From the NCBI GenBank assembly GCA_017477485.1, contig JAFUVR010000037.1:6949-70948 (forward strand): a stretch of DNA of 64,000 nucleotides, read 5' to 3'. Below, one piece after another: positions 46,536-56,669 of this stretch. The notes under the pieces are model-generated. The model was not told the origin of the DNA, made no database searches, and was given only the letters and a program-made list of their open reading frames with translations. The number at the start of each line of letters is the position of its first letter. Positions within the stretch are counted from its first letter, which is position 1. The stretch is from Bacteroidales bacterium. GTDB taxonomy: Bacteria > Bacteroidota > Bacteroidia > Bacteroidales > P3. The position numbers were made by a program, and so were the translations under genes.

Positions 46536-47558
46536 TTATTTCAGGTTGTTGTTATAGCAGGCTATCAACTTAGGCACTATGGTGCAGGCATCGCCAATGA
46601 TGGTGATGTCGGCGATAGCATTGATAGGTGCGTTGGGGTCGGTGTTGATAGAAATGATTTTGCCCGACTCGTCCATGCCGGCGGTGTGCTGGATAGCGCC
46701 GCTGATGCCGCAGGCGATGTAGAGCTTGGGACGGACGGTGACACCCGTCTGGCCTATCTGGCGTTCGGGCTCGCAGAAGCCAGCGTCGATGGCAGCACGC
46801 GTGGCGCCCACTTCGCCGCCTATGGTGTCGGCCAGTTGATGCAGCAGCTGGAAGTTCTCCTTGCTGCCCATGCCGTAGCCACCAGCCACTATGATGGAGG
46901 CGGGCTTGATATTGATGCTCTGCTCCTTGATCTCACGGCTGATGATGCGGACGGCCTTGTCGGCTTGGTCGATCTGACCGCCTACGGCGATGGTCTGTAC
47001 GATGCCCTTGTGGTTGGCATCGAACACCTCTTTGCGCATCACGCCTTCGCGCACCGTGGCCATCTGCGGACGCGTCTCGGGGCTCACGATGGTGGCCACG
47101 ATATTGCCGCCAAAGGCGGGGCGCATCTGGAGGAGTATGTTGTCGTAGGTGGTCTTGGTCTTGGCGTCGGTGTGGCTGCCAATCTCGAGCGAGGTGCAGT
47201 CGGCTGTCAGACCGCAGCGCAGATAGGACGAAATGCGAGGCGACATGTCGCGTCCGATGGTGGTGGCACCGAAGAGCACGATGTCGGGTTGCTGCTGCTT
47301 GATGACTGCCGAGAGGAGTTCGAAATGGGGAAGGGTACGATAGGGCGAGAGACGGACATCGTCGGCCTTGAAGACCTCGTCGACACCATAGGGATAGAGC
47401 TGCTGCTCAATGCCCTCCAGCCGATGGCCCAACACCACGGCCTGCAGGCGGCCATTGAGCTGGGAGGCCAGTTGGCGACCCTTGGTGCAGAGTTCCAGAC
47501 TGATGTCGGCAATATGGTTTTGCTCGGTGAGCTCGCAATATACTAATACGTTGTTCAT
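46536..47558 (-). CDS. etfA: Electron transfer flavoprotein subunit alpha
   Basis: FAD-binding signature LYIACGISGAIQHTAGM..INTDPNAPI. Confidence 0.85.
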   Translation of the reverse strand: MNNVLVYCELTEQNHIADISLELCTKGRQLASQLNGRLQAVVLGHRLEGIEQQLYPYGVDEVFKADDVRLSPYRTLPHFELLSAVIKQQQPDIVLFGATTIGRDMSPRISSYLRCGLTADCTSLEIGSHTDAKTKTTYDNILLQMRPAFGGNIVATIVSPETRPQMATVREGVMRKEVFDANHKGIVQTIAVGGQIDQADKAVRIISREIKEQSINIKPASIIVAGGYGMGSKENFQLLHQLADTIGGEVGATRAAIDAGFCEPERQIGQTGVTVRPKLYIACGISGAIQHTAGMDESGKIISINTDPNAPINAIADITIIGDACTIVPKLIACYNNNLK

Positions 47559-47570
47559 AGTCCTTAGGAT

Positions 47571-48365
47571 TTAGATTATATGCTCACTGATGAGCGAGTG
47601 CATCAATTCGTTGAGGTTGTCGTCGGTGGGGTCGAGTTGCACACTTTCTTTGTGAGCCAGCACCACGTTGTCCACCTTCTTGACCTTGGTGGGCGAGCCG
47701 TTGAGGCCGAGGCGCGCAAAGTCGGGGTTCACGTCATCGGCGGTCTTCACCTCGACCGGAGTCTTAGCGAAACGGAGCAGCCGGTGGGCATGCGGATAGC
47801 GGCAGTCGGGAGCCGCAGATGTCACGGTGACGAGGGCGGGCAGCGAGGCAGCCACCGTCTCGACGCCATGTTCCAGGCGGCGACGAATGACGATTTCCTG
47901 TTCGGAGATGCTTTCCAGCGACTCGGCATAGGTAATCTGGGGCAACGCCAGTTTCTCAGCCACCTGAGGTCCTACCTGTGCGGTGTCGCCATCGATAGCC
48001 TGACGGCCACAGAAGACGAGGTCGAAATGGCCAGCCGACTCAATGGCCTTGGAAAGGGCATAGGAGGTGGCGAGGGTATCCGATCCAGCAAAACGGGCAT
48101 CGCTGAGCACAAAACCATCGTCGGCACCACGCGAGCGAGCATCGCGCACAATCTCTTCGGCACGAGGAGGTCCCATGGTGATGACGGTGATGGTGCTGCC
48201 GGGCATTTGGTCCTTGACTTGCAGAGCCATCTCAAGGGCCTTGAGGTCTTCGGGGTTGAAGACGGTGGGCAGGGCCGCACGATTGATAGTGCCATCGGCC
48301 TTCATGGCGTTAGCACCCACATTGCGAGTGTCGGGCACCTGCTTGGCTAAAACTATTATTCTCAT
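47571..48365 (-). CDS. etfB: Electron transfer flavoprotein subunit beta
   Basis: Start at ATG 48365 (MRIIVLAKQVPDTRN). The longer listed ORF (to 48743) overlaps fabG in another frame. Confidence 0.85.
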   Translation of the reverse strand: MRIIVLAKQVPDTRNVGANAMKADGTINRAALPTVFNPEDLKALEMALQVKDQMPGSTITVITMGPPRAEEIVRDARSRGADDGFVLSDARFAGSDTLATSYALSKAIESAGHFDLVFCGRQAIDGDTAQVGPQVAEKLALPQITYAESLESISEQEIVIRRRLEHGVETVAASLPALVTVTSAAPDCRYPHAHRLLRFAKTPVEVKTADDVNPDFARLGLNGSPTKVKKVDNVVLAHKESVQLDPTDDNLNELMHSLISEHII

Positions 48366-48454
48366 GGTTATAGGATTCTTTTTTTTAGGTGAGGGAGGGG
48401 ACGTTACGTGAGCGTACCCGTGGTCATGGTGTAGAACGATGTCGAAAGGGAGGC

Positions 48455-49201
48455 TCAGATGGAGAGACCGCCGTCGCAGCGTATCACCTGTCCGGTAACA
48501 TAGCTGGCCAGTTCGGAAGCCAGGAAGAGCGACACATGGGCCACATCGGCGTCGGAGCCACCACGGTGCAACGGAATCTGGTTGAGCCAGCTCTGACGAT
48601 ACTCTTCGCCCAGCTGCTGCGTCATGGGAGTCTCGATAAAACCGGGGGCTATGGCATTGCAACGGATGTTGCGAGAGCCCAGCTCCTTGGCCAGCGAGCG
48701 GGTGAAACCAATGATGCCAGCCTTGGAGGCCGAATAGTTGCACTGGCCGGCATTGCCGTTGATACCCACAATAGAGCTGATATTGATGATGCTGCCCGAA
48801 CGTTGTTTGAGCATCATGGGCGAGAAAGCCTTGGAATAGTTGAACACCGAGCGCAGGTTGATATTGATGACGAGGTCCCAGTCTTCTGGGGTCATGCGGA
48901 GGAGGAGTTTGTCGCGCGTGATGCCCGCATTGTTGACAAGGATATCCAGACGGCCGTACTCTTTGGCCACCTGGGCGGCGACCGCCTCGGCCTGCTCGTA
49001 TTTAGAGGCATCGGAAGCGATGAAGGTGGCACGCACGCCTTTGGCCTTCAGCTCTTCTACCAACGACTGGCTGTTTTCGTTCTCAACGAGGTCGGTGAAG
49101 ATGATGTCGGCACCTTCGTCGGCAAACTGTTTGGCGATGCTACGGCCTATGCCACGCGATGCACCCGTGATGAGGGCTATTTTGTTTTCAAGAAGTTTCA
49201 T
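48455..49201 (-). CDS. fabG: 3-oxoacyl-ACP reductase
   Basis: TGASRGIGRSIA Rossmann motif and catalytic YSASKAG. Confidence 0.85.
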   Translation of the reverse strand: MKLLENKIALITGASRGIGRSIAKQFADEGADIIFTDLVENENSQSLVEELKAKGVRATFIASDASKYEQAEAVAAQVAKEYGRLDILVNNAGITRDKLLLRMTPEDWDLVININLRSVFNYSKAFSPMMLKQRSGSIINISSIVGINGNAGQCNYSASKAGIIGFTRSLAKELGSRNIRCNAIAPGFIETPMTQQLGEEYRQSWLNQIPLHRGGSDADVAHVSLFLASELASYVTGQVIRCDGGLSI

Positions 49202-49279
49202 AATCTGGTGTTTTATAATTTATCAAAAAAAGACGTCAGCCATCGGAGCAACAAGCCGATGGCAGACGTCAGGAATGGA

Positions 49280-49696
49280 TTATTTGTTATCAATCAACGA
49301 GAACATCAGTTTTCCCTTGCAGGCCAGCTGTCCGTCGACCGTTGCTTTGGCATCAACAAAGAATATCAAGCCGCGGCGGTCGGTGATGCGCCCCTCGATG
49401 GTGATGGTGTCGCCCGGGCGCACAGGACGCTTGAAGCGCACCTCGTTGAGGCCGGCATAGAAAGGGGTGCGGCCAGGAAGGTCATCCTTGATGAGGGTGC
49501 AACAGGACTGCCCCATAATCTCGCACAGGATGACGCCCGGCACCACGGGGTTGCCTGGGAAATGGCCTTGCAGAAAGTACTCGTCGCCACGCACATGATA
49601 ATGGGCTATGGCTACACCGTCGCTCACTTCCGAGTCGTCGACAAGCAACATGGGCTCACGGTGGGGAAGGAATGTTTTTATTTCGTCTCTATTCAT
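49280..49696 (-). CDS. fabZ: 3-hydroxyacyl-ACP dehydratase (stand-alone FabZ)
   Basis: LPHREPMLLVD ... GHFPGNPVVPGVILCE hot-dog signature. 138 aa. Confidence 0.8.
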   Translation of the reverse strand: MNRDEIKTFLPHREPMLLVDDSEVSDGVAIAHYHVRGDEYFLQGHFPGNPVVPGVILCEIMGQSCCTLIKDDLPGRTPFYAGLNEVRFKRPVRPGDTITIEGRITDRRGLIFFVDAKATVDGQLACKGKLMFSLIDNK

Positions 49697-49768
49697 ATTG
49701 TCTGGTAACTAAAAGGTTTTTAATTTATTGAACTGGCAATATAGGGCAGAGGAACCGCCCTCGACTGC

Positions 49769-51004
49769 TCAGATTTTTCGCAGAGCCACGCAGGCGTTGT
49801 GTCCACCAAAACCGAAGGTGTTGGAGATAGCCACGGAGGCAGCATATTGGCGAGCCGTGTTGGGCGTGTAGTCGAGGTCGCACTCTGGATCGGCCTGCTG
49901 CAGATTGATAGTAGGCGCCACTATGCCCTCCTGCAATGTCAAAGCACTGATGATGAGTTCCACGGCACCTGTGGCACCCAGCATGTGTCCCATCATCGAC
50001 TTGGTGGAGCTGATGACAGCCTTGCGGGCTTCGGCCTCGCCAAGGGCAATCTTGATGGCAGCAGTCTCCGACTTGTCGTTGAGCGGCGTGCCGGTACCAT
50101 GGGCATTGATGTAGAGGGCCTCGCCTTTGTAGCCACCCTCTTCGAGAGCCAGCTTCATGGCGTTGGCAGCGCACTTGCCGTCGGGACGTGGCGCGGTGTA
50201 GTGGTGGGCATCGCAGGTGTTGCCATAGCCTATCACCTCGGCATAGATATGTGCACCACGGCGGCGCGCCATCTCGTATTCTTCGAGAATCATCACGCCG
50301 GCACCCTCACCCATGACGAAACCTTTGCGACGGGCATCGAAGGGGAGAGAGGCTGCATTGGGGTCGGTGCTGGTAGAGAGGGCACGGCTGTTGGCAAAAC
50401 CACCGATGGCGATCTCGCAGATAGCAGCCTCGCTGCCGCCAGTAATCATGGCATCGGCCCGCCCTTCCTTGATCATACGGAAGGCCTCTCCCACAGAGTG
50501 TGTGCCCGTGGCACAGGCCGTAACGACAGGCAGACAGGGGCCTTCGGCATGGTGGGCAATGGCCACGTTGCCAGAAGCGATGTTAGCTATCATCATAGGG
50601 ATAAAAAGAGGCGACACGCGACGCGCGCCATTCTGAAGGAGGTTGGTGTGCTCGCTGTTGAAAGTATGGATGCCGCCGATGCCAGAGCCGATGGCAGTGC
50701 CCAGGCGTTCGGGGGCCACATCGACGCCCACATTGAGCCCGCTGTCCTTCATGGCCTGATTAGCAGCCGCCATGGCAAAGAGGGCGTAACGGTCGTTGTG
50801 ACGAACAGTGGGCTTGTCGAGGCCTTGCTCTTCGGGATTGAAATCGAGCACCTCGGCAGCCAGCTGCACGGGTATGGTGTCGAGCGGAATGGTGCTTATC
50901 TGACGGATGGCGTTCTCACCTTTCTTGAGACGCGTCCACATGGTGTCAATACTATTGCCTAAGGGCGAAATGCAGCCCAGGCCGGTGATTACAACTCTTT
51001 TCAT
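49769..51004 (-). CDS. fabF: Beta-ketoacyl-ACP synthase II
   Basis: MKRVVITGLGCISPLG with the active-site Cys context VVTACATGTHSVGEA. 411 aa. Confidence 0.85.
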   Translation of the reverse strand: MKRVVITGLGCISPLGNSIDTMWTRLKKGENAIRQISTIPLDTIPVQLAAEVLDFNPEEQGLDKPTVRHNDRYALFAMAAANQAMKDSGLNVGVDVAPERLGTAIGSGIGGIHTFNSEHTNLLQNGARRVSPLFIPMMIANIASGNVAIAHHAEGPCLPVVTACATGTHSVGEAFRMIKEGRADAMITGGSEAAICEIAIGGFANSRALSTSTDPNAASLPFDARRKGFVMGEGAGVMILEEYEMARRRGAHIYAEVIGYGNTCDAHHYTAPRPDGKCAANAMKLALEEGGYKGEALYINAHGTGTPLNDKSETAAIKIALGEAEARKAVISSTKSMMGHMLGATGAVELIISALTLQEGIVAPTINLQQADPECDLDYTPNTARQYAASVAISNTFGFGGHNACVALRKI

Positions 51005-51059
51005 ATCTTATTTATTAAGGGTTGGCAAAAAAAAACGTTTTTTGGGGACGACGGCAGAA

Positions 51060-52022
51060 TTATTCATGTCCCCACGTGATGATGGCGGCGGCGGTAACGA
51101 ATCCGGCACCAAAGGCACTCATCATCAATTTGTCGCCCTTGGCGAGCTTTCCGGAGCGTGCCACCTCGTCGAGGAGGAGAAGGATCGAGGCCGACGAACA
51201 GTTGCCCGTGTGGTCGATGATGGAGGGGAACCGTTCCTCGGGCAGTCCCAGATATTCCTGAATGGCATCGATGATGCGCTTGTTGGCCTGATGGAGCATG
51301 AAGAATTTGATGTCCTCCGCCTTCATATTGGCCTTCTGCAGGAGGTCTTTGATGTCGCGTTGCGAACAGAGCACCGCCATGCGGAACACGTCGCGTCCCT
51401 TCATAATCATGGGTTGGTCAACGGCCTGTCCCTCTTGCTCGAAAGGCGTTTTCTCCAGCTTCCGGCGGTAGGTGATGACCTCCTTGTAACGGGAGTCGCC
51501 CGTGAGGATGGTATAGCAAGGGCTGTCATCCTTGGCCACCACCATAGCGGCAGCACCATCGCCAAAGAGCACGCTGGTCTCACGCTGTGTCCAGTCGCAG
51601 AATTTCGTAACCTCCTCGGCAGCCACAATAAGGATGCGCTCCGCACGTCCGGTAGAGATATAGGCGTCAGCAATGTCAAGGGCATACAATGCTCCGGCAC
51701 AAGCCCCGTTGAGGTCTACAAAGGGGCACTTGCAGCCCAGGGCTTCTTGGATGAAGGCGCTGAGCGCCGGCGTGACATAGTTATTAGCAACATTCGAGCA
51801 GATGATGAAATCAATCTCTTCGGCCTTCAATCCCGAGTCGGTCAAGGCTTTCTGAGCTGCATCAATGGCAAGGGCTTGGAGCGTTTCGTCGGTGATAACC
51901 TGGCGAGACTTGATGCCCGTACGCGGCACAATCCACTCATCGCTGGTATCGAGAAATTCCGACAGTTGCGCGTTGGTTACCGTCCGTTTGGGCATGGCAC
52001 TACCAGTTCCGATAATTTTCAT
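51060..52022 (-). CDS. fabH: Beta-ketoacyl-ACP synthase III
   Basis: LDTSDEWIVPRTGIKSR with the active-site Cys context LNGACAGALYAL. 320 aa. Confidence 0.85.
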   Translation of the reverse strand: MKIIGTGSAMPKRTVTNAQLSEFLDTSDEWIVPRTGIKSRQVITDETLQALAIDAAQKALTDSGLKAEEIDFIICSNVANNYVTPALSAFIQEALGCKCPFVDLNGACAGALYALDIADAYISTGRAERILIVAAEEVTKFCDWTQRETSVLFGDGAAAMVVAKDDSPCYTILTGDSRYKEVITYRRKLEKTPFEQEGQAVDQPMIMKGRDVFRMAVLCSQRDIKDLLQKANMKAEDIKFFMLHQANKRIIDAIQEYLGLPEERFPSIIDHTGNCSSASILLLLDEVARSGKLAKGDKLMMSAFGAGFVTAAAIITWGHE

Positions 52023-52158
52023 AATGCAGTTGAGTTTAGTGTTGTCGCAAAATTCTCTTTTGCTTCTCTTACTTTTTTATTGTGTGCTTTGGCCCTATCA
52101 TCTCAGCACAGAGACTATGGCAACAATACACATCTATTATTATGCTTTGTCAAATTTG

Positions 52159-52166
52159 CAAAAATA
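52159..52166 (-). promoter_or_regulatory. -7 promoter box TATTTTTG (minus strand) upstream of fabH
   Basis: + strand CAAAAATA in an AT-rich stretch 137 nt upstream of ATG 52022. Confidence 0.4.
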
Positions 52167-52502
52167 TTAAAAAAACTTTTCCTAAATGTTAAAACGCACG
52201 CATTTTATATTAATTTGACTTAAAAAATAAAGGCAAGTATGCATGGTTCAACAAATAACGTCAATAGCCACACATGTTAAATAAAACCAGTTCCGCACCC
52301 CCTTCGTCAAACTTTCCGATGCAGATGGGCTCGAGAAAATGTTAAAAAGAACACCCCCGATGACAAAAACCATCACTTATCTGATACACGCTCCGTTCAC
52401 GTGCGATGCGGCGGACACACTCCGCAGAAAACCGAAGGGGGCAGCCATCACTTATCCGTTCCTCGAACAGGGAGAAAAGCCAAGGACTGGCAGTGCAGAC
52501 TC

Positions 52503-52660
52503 CTGACAGCCGATATAAAAGTCTTTATCGTGCACATCTACAGGCCTCCTCATGCATCATAGTCTTGACAGCCGGTATATTAGTCTTTATCGCAAGCATA
52601 TCTACAAGCCTCCTCATGCTTCATAGTCTTGACAGCCGGTATATTAGTCTTTATCGCAAT
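52503..52660. repeat. Tandem repeat, about 2.5 copies of a 62-64-bp unit
   Basis: Units at 52503-52564, 52565-52628 and 52629-52660 (partial). Unit consensus: TTGACAGCCGGTATATTAGTCTTTATCGCAAGCATATCTACAAGCCTCCTCATGCTTCATAGTC. Confidence 0.85.
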
Positions 52661-52699
52661 AGCATAATAAAGGTGGTTCTGGAACGGCACCTGCCGGAC

Positions 52700-53464
52700 C
52701 TACAGATGCCATATCTGATAACTCAGTTCGGCCTGGCGGTAGAGCATGGCGGCGCCACCGAATACCGCAGCACCCTGATGCGCGGCCTCCGACAGAAAGA
52801 GTGTCGGAGCCGGATTGTAGACAAGGTCGTAACAAAGATGGCGCGGGCTGAGCAATTCGGGTTCCGGCCATGGGGAGGCATCGTCATAAGGCATCATCCC
52901 GACGGGGGTAGCATTGATTAGCAAGCACCGATAGTCCACCTGCTCTATAGCCTGCCCGTAGGTGAGGGTCTGCCCGGGATGCGCAGACCGCGAGGGATTA
53001 CGGCTGACGAAACAGTAGTCGATGCCCAGCCGTCGCAACGCGTAGGCCACGGCTTCCGCCGCTCCACCCGTACCCATGACGAGGGCCGAACGATGATGCG
53101 GACGCAGCAGCGGGCATAGCGTCTGCTCGAAGGCAGGAGCATCGGTGTTGTGGCCCTTCAGTACTACACCGCCTGCCTGACGGCTCACCTCCACACAGTT
53201 AACAGCACCAATAGCCGATGCTTCCGTCGAGAGGCTGTCGAGCGAAGACAGGATGTTTTTTTTGTAGGGAATGGTTACGTTGAACCCCCTTATGTCGTTA
53301 TCCGCCACCCACGAGTGCAATGCCTCGTAGCCTGTCTGCTCTGCGACAAGAGGGTAGAGAGAATAGCGGCAGTCGTCGATGCCATGGCTGCCGCAATAGC
53401 GGGCAAAAATACTGGGTGAATGGCTGTGCGCAAGGGGCTGACCGATAAGTCCGTAATGTCTCAT
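52700..53464 (-). CDS. aroE: Shikimate dehydrogenase
   Basis: MRHYGLIGQPLAHSHSPSIF N-terminal signature and the GTGGAAEAV NADP motif. Confidence 0.85.
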   Translation of the reverse strand: MRHYGLIGQPLAHSHSPSIFARYCGSHGIDDCRYSLYPLVAEQTGYEALHSWVADNDIRGFNVTIPYKKNILSSLDSLSTEASAIGAVNCVEVSRQAGGVVLKGHNTDAPAFEQTLCPLLRPHHRSALVMGTGGAAEAVAYALRRLGIDYCFVSRNPSRSAHPGQTLTYGQAIEQVDYRCLLINATPVGMMPYDDASPWPEPELLSPRHLCYDLVYNPAPTLFLSEAAHQGAAVFGGAAMLYRQAELSYQIWHL

Positions 53465-53573
53465 GCAGTTGCTGGAAGGACAAGAGAGTTAATAACATAA
53501 AGACAAGGACTTATGGAATCGGAAAGAGTCCATAAGTCCTTGTTAGAGAAAACAACGGGAAACATGCCGAATA

Positions 53574-54143
53574 CTAACGGGCCGTCTGTTTGTGTCCTTC
53601 ACGGATGGCCGTTATGTTGGTAGCCACCACCTCGTCGCCCTTACGTCCGAAGATGTTGTGGATAGCCTTCTCAAGCTCCTCGAAGGCAATTTCGAGATAG
53701 GGGGCAGCAGCACCCAGCAGCACCATGTTGCCACGTGCCTTGATTTGCTTGGCAATAGCATTGGCGTCGAAAGCCACGCAGTTCTTCAACTTGGCCAGCT
53801 CGGCCTGCACCTTCTCAACCTCGGGGTAGTGCTTGATGTTGATGAAGGGGTCGCTGTTGGTGATGACCTGTCCGTCGGGGGCCAGGAAGGGGAGGTAGCG
53901 CAGGGCCTCCATGGGCTCGCTGCTGAGGATGATGTCGGCCTTGCCCTCGGGGATGACGTCGGAATGGATGGGATTGCTGCTGATGCGGAGGTGGGAGAAC
54001 ACGGAGCCGCCGCGCTGCGACATGCCGTGGATTTCGCTCTGCTTGACGTAGAGGCCGAGGTTAAGGGCGGCATCGCTGATGATTTTGGCCACGGAGACGA
54101 TACCATCGCCACCGACGCCACAAAGTATGATATCTTTTTTCAT
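53574..54143 (-). CDS. iorB: Indolepyruvate:ferredoxin oxidoreductase subunit beta
   Basis: MKKDIILCGVGGDGIVSVAKIIS.., 189 aa, starting 2 nt after iorA. Confidence 0.8.
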   Translation of the reverse strand: MKKDIILCGVGGDGIVSVAKIISDAALNLGLYVKQSEIHGMSQRGGSVFSHLRISSNPIHSDVIPEGKADIILSSEPMEALRYLPFLAPDGQVITNSDPFINIKHYPEVEKVQAELAKLKNCVAFDANAIAKQIKARGNMVLLGAAAPYLEIAFEELEKAIHNIFGRKGDEVVATNITAIREGHKQTAR

Positions 54144-54145
54144 GA

Positions 54146-55732
54146 TTATTTGCTGTTTTTCTGGGCCAGATGTTTCTTGAGTTCGACGAGGCAGGTGCGC
54201 TGCGGTATGATGACGCTGACACCGTTGTAGTTGATCTCCTCGTTGAGGATGCTGACAAACTCGTCGTGATTCTTAGGCAGCGGTACGATAGAGCGGATAT
54301 GGTCGGGCTCCACGCCAAGGCCGATGCAGATGTTGCGGATCTTCTGGTTGGCGCTGGAGGGCTGGCCGCCTGTCATGGCGGTGATGTCGTTGTCGAGGAT
54401 GATGACCACCACGTTGGCCTTCTCGTTGACGCAGTCCAGCAGGCCCGTCATGCCGCTATGGCCGAAAGTGCCGTCGCCAATGACTGCCAGCGAGGGGAAG
54501 ATGCCCATTTCAGAAGCACCCTTGGCCATGGTGATGGAGGCACCCATACAGACGGTGGTGTTGATGGCACCCATGTTATAGCCGAGCGTGTAGCATCCGA
54601 TGTCGCCAAAGACACGTCCTTCGGGATACTGCTTCATTACCTCTATCACCGCGTTATAGCTGTCGTGGTGGGGGCAGCCCTGGCAGAGTGCCGGCGGACG
54701 GTTGACCACCACATCGGGCACTGCGGGACCGCTGGCCACAGGCAGTCCGAGGGCCTTGGCCACCTTCTCGGCGTTGAGTTCGCCATCGCGGCGTATGGTC
54801 TCGTCCAGACGTCCGTGGATGGGCTTGCCCTTGGCAAGACCTTTCAGCTGTTCCTCGACAAAAGGCTGTCCATCTTCGAGCACGAGGATTTCGTCGCATT
54901 CGTCATAGAGACGGCCGAGCATTTTTTCCGGCAGCGGGTACTGGGTGATTTTGACCACGGGATAGGGGCACTGGCCGTCGGCAAAGTTTTCGAGCAGATA
55001 GTTGTAGGCGATGCCGGTAGTGACGATGCCGCGCTTGTGGTCCTTGCCGTCGATATACTTGTTGTTGCCGCTCGTTTCGGCTGATTCTTCAAAACGGGAC
55101 TGTTTGTCAATCAGTTCGCGATAGAGGCGCTTGGCATTGACGGGCAGGAGCACGAAACTCTTGGGGTCGGAGGGCATCGAGAGGGGGTTCTGCGGCAGCG
55201 GCTCGCGGCGTTCCACACCGGCGCGGCTGTGGGCCAGGCGTGTGGGGATGCGCATCAGCACGGGTGTGCCCAGACGCTCGCTGAGTTCGTAGCCGAAGAA
55301 CACCATGTCGTAAGCCTCTTGCTGGTTGGAGGGCTCAAGCATGGGAACCATGGCCCAATGGCCGTAGAAGCGGCTGTCCTGCTCGTCCTGCGAGGAGAAC
55401 ATGCTGGGGTCGTCGGCCACAACGAGGAGCACGCCCTTGGTGCCGATGATGGCGGCATTCATGAAGGGGTCGCCACACACGTTCATGCCCACATGCTTCA
55501 TGCAGGTCATGGCACGGCGTCCGCTATAGGCCACGCCGATAGAAGCCTCGAGGGCCGTTTTCTCGTTGGCGCACCAGTTGGCTCTGATGCCTTTGGCGGC
55601 AGCCTCTTTCGACTTCATCACGTATTCGGTGATCTGCGTCGAGGGCGTACCAGGATAACTATTGATGGCGCTTCCGCCGGCATCGATAAATGCCTGGGCT
55701 ATGGCTTCGTCGCCGAGGAGGAGTAATTTCAT
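54146..55732 (-). CDS. iorA: Indolepyruvate:ferredoxin oxidoreductase subunit alpha
   Basis: MKLLLLGDEAIAQAFIDAGG.. with the TPP motif VIGDGTFGHSG and the Cys motif CQGCPHH. Confidence 0.8.
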   Translation of the reverse strand: MKLLLLGDEAIAQAFIDAGGSAINSYPGTPSTQITEYVMKSKEAAAKGIRANWCANEKTALEASIGVAYSGRRAMTCMKHVGMNVCGDPFMNAAIIGTKGVLLVVADDPSMFSSQDEQDSRFYGHWAMVPMLEPSNQQEAYDMVFFGYELSERLGTPVLMRIPTRLAHSRAGVERREPLPQNPLSMPSDPKSFVLLPVNAKRLYRELIDKQSRFEESAETSGNNKYIDGKDHKRGIVTTGIAYNYLLENFADGQCPYPVVKITQYPLPEKMLGRLYDECDEILVLEDGQPFVEEQLKGLAKGKPIHGRLDETIRRDGELNAEKVAKALGLPVASGPAVPDVVVNRPPALCQGCPHHDSYNAVIEVMKQYPEGRVFGDIGCYTLGYNMGAINTTVCMGASITMAKGASEMGIFPSLAVIGDGTFGHSGMTGLLDCVNEKANVVVIILDNDITAMTGGQPSSANQKIRNICIGLGVEPDHIRSIVPLPKNHDEFVSILNEEINYNGVSVIIPQRTCLVELKKHLAQKNSK

Positions 55733-55790
55733 GCGATTGTTGTTTTAAGTATTATGATTTGTGATAACTTTCAATAATGATGGTTGCAGG

Positions 55791-56378
55791 CTAACGCCAG
55801 CGCAAGGTCTCGAGCAGGTGGTCAAGGTCCTGCTGGATATAGGTGATGAGAGGCCGCAGCGAGTCGTTGTTGGGCGTGCGGTCGAGATAGAACGAACCAT
55901 GGAGGAAGTGGCGGGAGCTGTCGGTGGCCCAGAACTGATAGGTGGAGGCCACGCTACGCCCGCCCAGCCGAAACGTGGAAGCGTAGACACGTCCCTCTTC
56001 GTTGACAAACTGCTGTTCGTCGACTCCGGAGGCGATGCTGTAGTGGCTCCGCACCATCTCGTAGGAGTCGCTGACATACTGGTCGAGGTCCTTGCGCTTG
56101 CCGATAGGCTTGTAGCTGAGAAACACCACGCCACGATAGCACGGATATTCGAGGTCGAGCCACTTCTCGCCCGTCGTGTTCCGCTTCACCTCGACGGTGG
56201 CACTGTCAGCAACCTCGAAGGTGAAAGGCAGCGACAACGTGTCGAACGTTCTGTAGGAGTGCTCGGGATAGGTGAGCCGCAGATAGGCCGTAGGCTTGGG
56301 CACATAGTCGTCCCCGCCACACGACGCCAGCAGAGCAGATAGCAGCAAGCCGAAACAGAGATTAATCAGTATTCTCAT
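55791..56378 (-). CDS. gldD: Gliding-motility/T9SS-associated lipoprotein GldD
   Basis: Lipobox LLASC followed by YVPKPTAYLRLTYPEHSY, the characteristic GldD N-terminus (from memory). 195 aa. Confidence 0.7.
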   Translation of the reverse strand: MRILINLCFGLLLSALLASCGGDDYVPKPTAYLRLTYPEHSYRTFDTLSLPFTFEVADSATVEVKRNTTGEKWLDLEYPCYRGVVFLSYKPIGKRKDLDQYVSDSYEMVRSHYSIASGVDEQQFVNEEGRVYASTFRLGGRSVASTYQFWATDSSRHFLHGSFYLDRTPNNDSLRPLITYIQQDLDHLLETLRWR

Positions 56379-56669
56379 CGGTTTGCAAATTTACATTAAT
56401 TCCACCAAACAAGCCACAAACGCACGAAAAAAAAATCACTGTGCACATCCAAGAGGTGAAAGAAAGGACACCTACGAGGGCAACCTATCGTTATTCTTGA
56501 AGGCTGTCAATAGAAACATCCTCACTCATCATTATGGGTGTTGGCTTCTTGTCAAACCCAAAAGAGAACCATTAGAAACGACTATTTGCCGAACCAATGG
56601 GCATGACTTGTTTTGCAAAAGCGAGGCAATGCTAACCATGCCTGAGACAACGCCGTGTAGCATTCGCTA

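Noticed and set aside
48366-48743. 126-aa N-terminal extension of the etfB ORF
   Set aside because: It overlaps fabG on the same strand in another frame. The canonical EtfB N-terminus MRIIVLAKQVPDT begins at 48365.
51020-51045. A9/T6 palindrome (CAAAAAAAAACGTTTTTTGG) between fabH and fabF
   Set aside because: It is a weak A/T-only stem inside a 55-nt intergenic spacer of an apparent operon, and is too unstable to call a terminator or regulatory hairpin.
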